Shown here piece by piece: positions 59,902 to 64,000 of a DNA stretch of 64,000 bases. A program made the position numbers and the translations under genes. Position 1 is the stretch's first letter. Each line of letters starts with the position of its first letter. Below the pieces are notes generated by a model. That model saw only the letters and a list, made by a program, of their open reading frames with translations. It searched no databases and was not told the DNA's origin. The stretch spans positions 785 through 64,784 of the forward strand of contig DVMT01000015.1 of NCBI GenBank assembly GCA_018714855.1, written 5' to 3'. This DNA comes from Candidatus Aphodocola excrementigallinarum (lineage in GTDB: Bacteria > Bacillota_I > Bacilli_A > RF39 > UBA660).

Positions 59902-61717
59902 TATAATACCTCTTTAAATAAACCATAAGGATTGCTATATCACTTGGGTTAACACCACTAATACGCGTTGCTTGATCTATCGTTCTTGGTCTTATTTTCT
60001 CTAGTTTTTGTCTTGCTTCAGTAGCTAAATTATCAACCTTAGAATAATCAATGTCTTCTGGTATTTGTTTTTTACCTAATTTAATCATTTTTTCTGCTTC
60101 TTTTTTAGCTTTTTTAATATAACCTTCATATTTATGATTTATTTCTACTTGCTCTAATACTTCTTTAGAATATTTTTTAGAAAATCTATCTTTATAATCA
60201 ATTATCTTAACTTCTGGTCTTTTTAAATATTCAGATAAATTACATTTTTCCTGTGGAAAAGTAATGGCTTTAATCTCTTCTTCTAACTCATTTATTTCTC
60301 GCTTTTTATTTAGTAATTTATCATATCTTTCTTTAGAAAGTAATCCTACGTCATATCCTTTTTTACTTAATCTTAAATCTGCGTTATCGCTTCTTAAAAG
60401 AAGTCTAAACTCAGCGCGTGAGGTAAGTAGTCTATATGGCTCAATCGTTCCTTTAGTTACTAAATCATCTATTAAAACCCCAATGTAAGCATCACTACGA
60501 GATAATACTAAAGGTTCTTTATTATTAAGCTTTAAAACGGCGTTAATACCTGCGATAATTCCTTGACCTGCTGCTTCTTCATAACCTGATGTTCCGTTTA
60601 TTTGGCCTGCGGTAAATAAGTTTTCTATTACTTTTGTCTCTAAAGATGGTTTTAGTTGTAACGGATCTATTGCATCATACTCAATTGCATAAGCATATCT
60701 TAATATTTTTGCATGCTTAAGCCCTTTTAAAGAATGCACCATATCTTCTTGAACATCATGTGGCATAGAAGTTGAAAAGCCTTGTAAGTATATGTCATCA
60801 TAATATAAGCTTTCAGGCTCTAAGAATAGTTGGTGTCTTTCTTTATCCTTAAATCTTACTACTTTATCCTCAATTGAAGGACAATATCTAGGACCAGTTC
60901 CTAAGTGCTCATAAAATCCTCCATACATTGCCGATTTATTTAAGTTATCCATAATTATTTTATGAGTTTTCTCGTTTGTGTAAGTTAAATAACATGGTAC
61001 TTGGTTTTTATAATCATAATATGCTATATCATCAAAACTAAAGGTTAACTCCTCATCATCTCCGTCTTCACGTGAAAGCTCGCTAAAATCAATTGAAGAA
61101 CGTTCTATTCTAGGAGGTGTTCCAGTTTTTAAACGAAGTAATTTAAAACCTAGTTTAGCTAAATTATCACTTAAAAAGTTAGATCTTTTTTCACCATGTG
61201 GACCTTCTGGAGTTCTTTTATCACCAACTAGTATATCTGCTTTTAAGTAAGTACCAGTTGTTAGTATACAAGCATCACAATATAACGTCTTACCATCCTC
61301 AGTTGTTATACCTTTTATTTTGTTATCTTTTACTATTAGGTCCGCAACAACTGATTCTAAAATTTCTAGGTTTTCAGTATTTTCTAGTGTTTTTAACATT
61401 TCTTTTTTATATGTTACCTTATCAGCTTGACTCCTTAAACTTCTAACAGCTGGTCCTTTAGATCTGTTAAGCATCTTTATTTGCAAAAGCGTTTTATCAG
61501 CATTACGTCCCATTTCTCCACCTAGAGCATCTATTTCCCTTACAACGATACCCTTAGCACTGCCGCCGATTGATGGATTACATGGCATATCCGCTATGTT
61601 ATTAACGTTTATCGTAATAAGAAGAGTCTTTTTACCCATCCTAGCAGACGCTAAGGCAGCTTCACAACCTGCGTGACCTGCTCCTACAACTATTATGTCA
61701 TACTTCATTTTCTTCAC
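59894..61717 (-). CDS. mnmG: tRNA uridine 5-carboxymethylaminomethyl modification enzyme
   Basis: FAD motif YDIIVVGAGHAGCEAA; 607 aa. Confidence 0.95.
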   Translation of the reverse strand: MKKMKYDIIVVGAGHAGCEAALASARMGKKTLLITINVNNIADMPCNPSIGGSAKGIVVREIDALGGEMGRNADKTLLQIKMLNRSKGPAVRSLRSQADKVTYKKEMLKTLENTENLEILESVVADLIVKDNKIKGITTEDGKTLYCDACILTTGTYLKADILVGDKRTPEGPHGEKRSNFLSDNLAKLGFKLLRLKTGTPPRIERSSIDFSELSREDGDDEELTFSFDDIAYYDYKNQVPCYLTYTNEKTHKIIMDNLNKSAMYGGFYEHLGTGPRYCPSIEDKVVRFKDKERHQLFLEPESLYYDDIYLQGFSTSMPHDVQEDMVHSLKGLKHAKILRYAYAIEYDAIDPLQLKPSLETKVIENLFTAGQINGTSGYEEAAGQGIIAGINAVLKLNNKEPLVLSRSDAYIGVLIDDLVTKGTIEPYRLLTSRAEFRLLLRSDNADLRLSKKGYDVGLLSKERYDKLLNKKREINELEEEIKAITFPQEKCNLSEYLKRPEVKIIDYKDRFSKKYSKEVLEQVEINHKYEGYIKKAKKEAEKMIKLGKKQIPEDIDYSKVDNLATEARQKLEKIRPRTIDQATRISGVNPSDIAILMVYLKRYYNE

Positions 61718-62309
61718 CTTCTTCTAATACCTTTTCATATATATATTTTTCTTCGCCTTTTTCAGAAACTTTTTTTGAAACAGAAGTCTCTCTTATTTTT
61801 TTACATCCCATCGCATCATAAAATTTAAAATTACATGATTCGTCAGTTAATATTTGCATGTTTTTCATATTATCTGTTTTAGCTAAAGAAAATATTTTAT
61901 TTAATAATGCTTTACCATAACCTTTTCCTCGATAATTCTTATCAACTATCAAAATACTTAATTCACCATCAAAATAATTATTTAAATCACTTGGAATATT
62001 ATCATACTCATTATTATAATCATATATTGCTTGCTTATTTTTTACTAAAGGACTATTAATAAGTATTTTTGCCATTAAACCATAGAATTTTTTTGTAATA
62101 ATACGTTTTTTTGAATTCCATTTAGAATATCCTGCAAAACCTACTATTTTATTATTTTCTTTTTTTAAAACTAGTTTTTCAGTTTCACTAAGAATTTCAA
62201 ACAAATAAATATAAGCACATGTTTTACCTTTTGCGCCTGATAATCTTTTTCCTAAATCCCATTCATTATATAAAAGTTCAGCCATTCTTTTTAATTTAAA
62301 AATAAGCAT
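61698..62309 (-). CDS. GNAT-family N-acetyltransferase
   Basis: Motif A RGKGYGKALL. It overlaps the mnmG start by 20 nt. Confidence 0.6.
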   Translation of the reverse strand: MLIFKLKRMAELLYNEWDLGKRLSGAKGKTCAYIYLFEILSETEKLVLKKENNKIVGFAGYSKWNSKKRIITKKFYGLMAKILINSPLVKNKQAIYDYNNEYDNIPSDLNNYFDGELSILIVDKNYRGKGYGKALLNKIFSLAKTDNMKNMQILTDESCNFKFYDAMGCKKIRETSVSKKVSEKGEEKYIYEKVLEEGEENEV

Positions 62310-62373
62310 AATACACCTTCACTTCTTTTGGTATTATACAATATAATTTAAAAAAAGTTAATTATTTAATAAT

Positions 62374-63303
62374 TTAAATAGTTTTAACCAAATTGTCTAT
62401 CTCATATGTTATAAGATAAATCCCTTCATCATTTACATATTGTAATATAAACTTATCATTTTCTTTTGATATTATAAGTCCTATTGTTTTGTTATGATGC
62501 TTTTTCTTTAACGTTTTATCAACTAAATTCATGTATAACTTTATTTGTGAAATGTCTTTATAATTTGTTTTATTTAGTTTTAGTTCTACTGGTATGTAAC
62601 AATTTAAATTTGTGTTAAATAAAAGCATGTCTATGTAAAAGTTTTTATCTAAATAACTTATCTTATATTCGCTTCCTGCATATAAAAAACCTGATCCTAA
62701 CTGTAAAAAGATATCTCTTAACTCTTCTATAATATATTTTTTTAACATTTTTTCACTTAATTTTTCTTTGTTTGGTACTTTTATTATAATTGGATCAAGT
62801 AACATGTCTTTTAAGTTATAATTAGGTTCATTTTTATTATCTATTAGTTTTATGTTTTCTTTATCTGCATATGATAATCTATCAAACGCTTTTTCTTTTA
62901 TTAGTTTTATTAACTCTCTTTTAGATAAGTTATTTAATATACACTGGTTTATGTAATAGTTTCTTTCGTTTTCATTTTTAATTGGTAATAATATAGTCCA
63001 GTGCGTCCAACTTAATTGTTGCGCCACTGGCGCAAGTTTTGATGATACAATATAAAATTTTCTCATTCTTGTTAAATTTGTATAATTATATCCTTTTCCA
63101 TATTGTTCTACTAACCTTTTAGACCAATTTTTAATTAATTCATTTCCATATTTTGCTCTTTTTTCTCCACCTTGTGCTTCTACTAGTAGTCTTCCTATTT
63201 CATAGTATGCATTTAAAGTATCTTTATTTGACTGTAGTCTTCTTACTCCCTCGTTTACTTCTTTTTTCTCTATTACATCTTTTATTTGATTGTAATAATC
63301 CAT
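62374..63303 (-). CDS. DUF1016/YhcG-family PD-(D/E)xK nuclease-domain protein
   Basis: The N-terminal pattern (YYEIGRLLVEAQGGEKRAKYGNELIKNWSKRLVEQYGKGYNYTNLTRMRKFY) matches the YhcG family. Confidence 0.6.
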   Translation of the reverse strand: MDYYNQIKDVIEKKEVNEGVRRLQSNKDTLNAYYEIGRLLVEAQGGEKRAKYGNELIKNWSKRLVEQYGKGYNYTNLTRMRKFYIVSSKLAPVAQQLSWTHWTILLPIKNENERNYYINQCILNNLSKRELIKLIKEKAFDRLSYADKENIKLIDNKNEPNYNLKDMLLDPIIIKVPNKEKLSEKMLKKYIIEELRDIFLQLGSGFLYAGSEYKISYLDKNFYIDMLLFNTNLNCYIPVELKLNKTNYKDISQIKLYMNLVDKTLKKKHHNKTIGLIISKENDKFILQYVNDEGIYLITYEIDNLVKTI

Positions 63304-63375
63304 ATAATGCTCCTTTCGGGTTAGTTATTATATGGATTATTTTTAAGAAATAAGTCGAATTTCGTAAAGAAACGT

Positions 63376-63403
63376 AAAAAAGTGCACCATTGGGCACTTT
63401 TTT
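63376..63403. terminator. Rho-independent terminator after mnmE
   Basis: 10-bp stem AAAAAAGTGC / GCACTTTTTT with an 8-nt loop. Confidence 0.55.
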
Positions 63404-63411
63404 AAAACAAA

Positions 63412-64000
63412 CTACTTACCTAAGCAAAACCTGCTAAACAAATTATCAATTAATTCTTCAGTGTAATTAGCTCCTATTATATCACCTAAACGTTCCCAAG
63501 CAAGCTTTAAATCTATTTCAATCATGTCTATCTCACTATTATTTAAAACACCTTGATAAGCATCATTAAGGGATTCTATAGCTTGTTTTAAAATAGTTAT
63601 TTGTCTTACGTTAGTAAAATAAGTTAAATTTTTATTTAAAAATGCATTTGCGTTAAATAACTCTTTTATTTTATCTTTAACTAAGTCTATTCCTTGGTTT
63701 GTTTTAGCACTTATTCTTATAACATCTTCATTATATTTGTTATTATTTTCTAAGTCATCCTTATTCATTATTACGATTCGTTTTTTATCTTTCGTCTTAT
63801 CAAGTAAGAACTTATCTTCTTCTGTTAGCTCTTCAGATGAATCTAAAACAAGTAAGATTAACTCTGCTTCATCTATTAAACTCAAACTTTTTTCTATTCC
63901 TATTTTTTCTACAACATCACTTGATTTTCTAACTCCTGCGGTATCTATTAAATTAAGCTTTACTCCCCCTACTATAATGCTTCCTTCAACTATGTCACGA
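63412..64000 (-). CDS. mnmE: tRNA modification GTPase MnmE (C-terminal part; 5' end lies beyond the window)
   Basis: C-terminal ...FSRFCLGK and a G-domain fragment (TAGVRKSSDVVEKIG...) near 63900-64000. Confidence 0.85.
   Translation of the reverse strand, partial: RDIVEGSIIVGGVKLNLIDTAGVRKSSDVVEKIGIEKSLSLIDEAELILLVLDSSEELTEEDKFLLDKTKDKKRIVIMNKDDLENNNKYNEDVIRISAKTNQGIDLVKDKIKELFNANAFLNKNLTYFTNVRQITILKQAIESLNDAYQGVLNNSEIDMIEIDLKLAWERLGDIIGANYTEELIDNLFSRFCLGK

Noticed and set aside
1-64000. Possibility that TGA encodes Trp (Mollicutes code), prompted by the AT-rich sequence and the in-frame TGA in the EEP gene
   Set aside because: Very long genes (secA, uvrA, uvrB, mnmG) are intact under the standard code. 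TGA terminates the rSAM gene and the RF2 frame-0 leader. The rest of the EEP gene is otherwise undisturbed. The standard code is retained.
1-64000. Scan of all intergenic regions longer than 60 bp for tRNA, rRNA, transposase, integrase or IS terminal inverted repeats
   Set aside because: No cloverleaf-compatible sequences, rRNA-like conserved blocks or transposase or integrase ORFs were found. The accessory segments appear to be decayed or domesticated insertions and not intact mobile elements.

Overview
The window is about 64 kb of chromosome from a very AT-rich (roughly 27-28% GC) low-GC Firmicute that uses the standard genetic code. Long genes such as secA, uvrA and uvrB are intact, and TGA is used as a stop. 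The organism looks like a spore-former, probably Clostridia-like: gerQ, spoIID, a spoIIQ-like gene, spoIIID followed by mbl, and whiA are all present. Almost every gene is on the minus strand, and mnmE, mnmG and rsmG sit at the high-coordinate end, so this is an origin-proximal stretch of one replichore. The housekeeping backbone on the minus strand is mnmE, mnmG, rsmG, rpiB, secA, prfB (with its programmed +1 frameshift), ftsE and ftsX with an M23 peptidase, uvrB, uvrA, lgt, trxB, parA and parB, ychF, rpsF-ssb-rpsR, rplI, dnaB, walJ, rlmH, ung and dusB. Several accessory modules are interspersed with it. (1) Most interesting: a radical SAM/SPASM enzyme is translationally coupled (ATGA overlap) to an unlisted 59-aa peptide with six cysteines. 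This is a candidate ranthipeptide or sactipeptide-type RiPP locus, flanked by a GNAT, an amidohydrolase, a DUF360/holin-family protein and an ArpU-like regulator. (2) An agr-type quorum-sensing locus: agrB, a 41-aa agrD-like precursor (MKAVLISIVSALGALVAATSTAGCIVVFVDEPEMPKAMLNK), and a convergent AgrC-like kinase and LytTR regulator. (3) A SipW-type signal peptidase fused to a polytopic membrane domain, followed by a lysine-rich two-TM protein. (4) Insertions that split normally adjacent pairs: uvrB and uvrA are separated by a DinD/Bro-N-like gene, a small membrane-anchored protein and an XRE regulator; mnmG and mnmE are separated by a GNAT and a DUF1016/YhcG nuclease. (5) A MazEF toxin-antitoxin pair and an EEP-family gene interrupted by a single in-frame TGA. 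(6) Local anomalies: GC-rich codon patches, a perfect 20-bp GC palindrome inside a coding region, a large compound inverted repeat downstream of secA, and a 414-aa Asn-rich low-complexity protein. No rRNA, tRNA, CRISPR or transposase was found.
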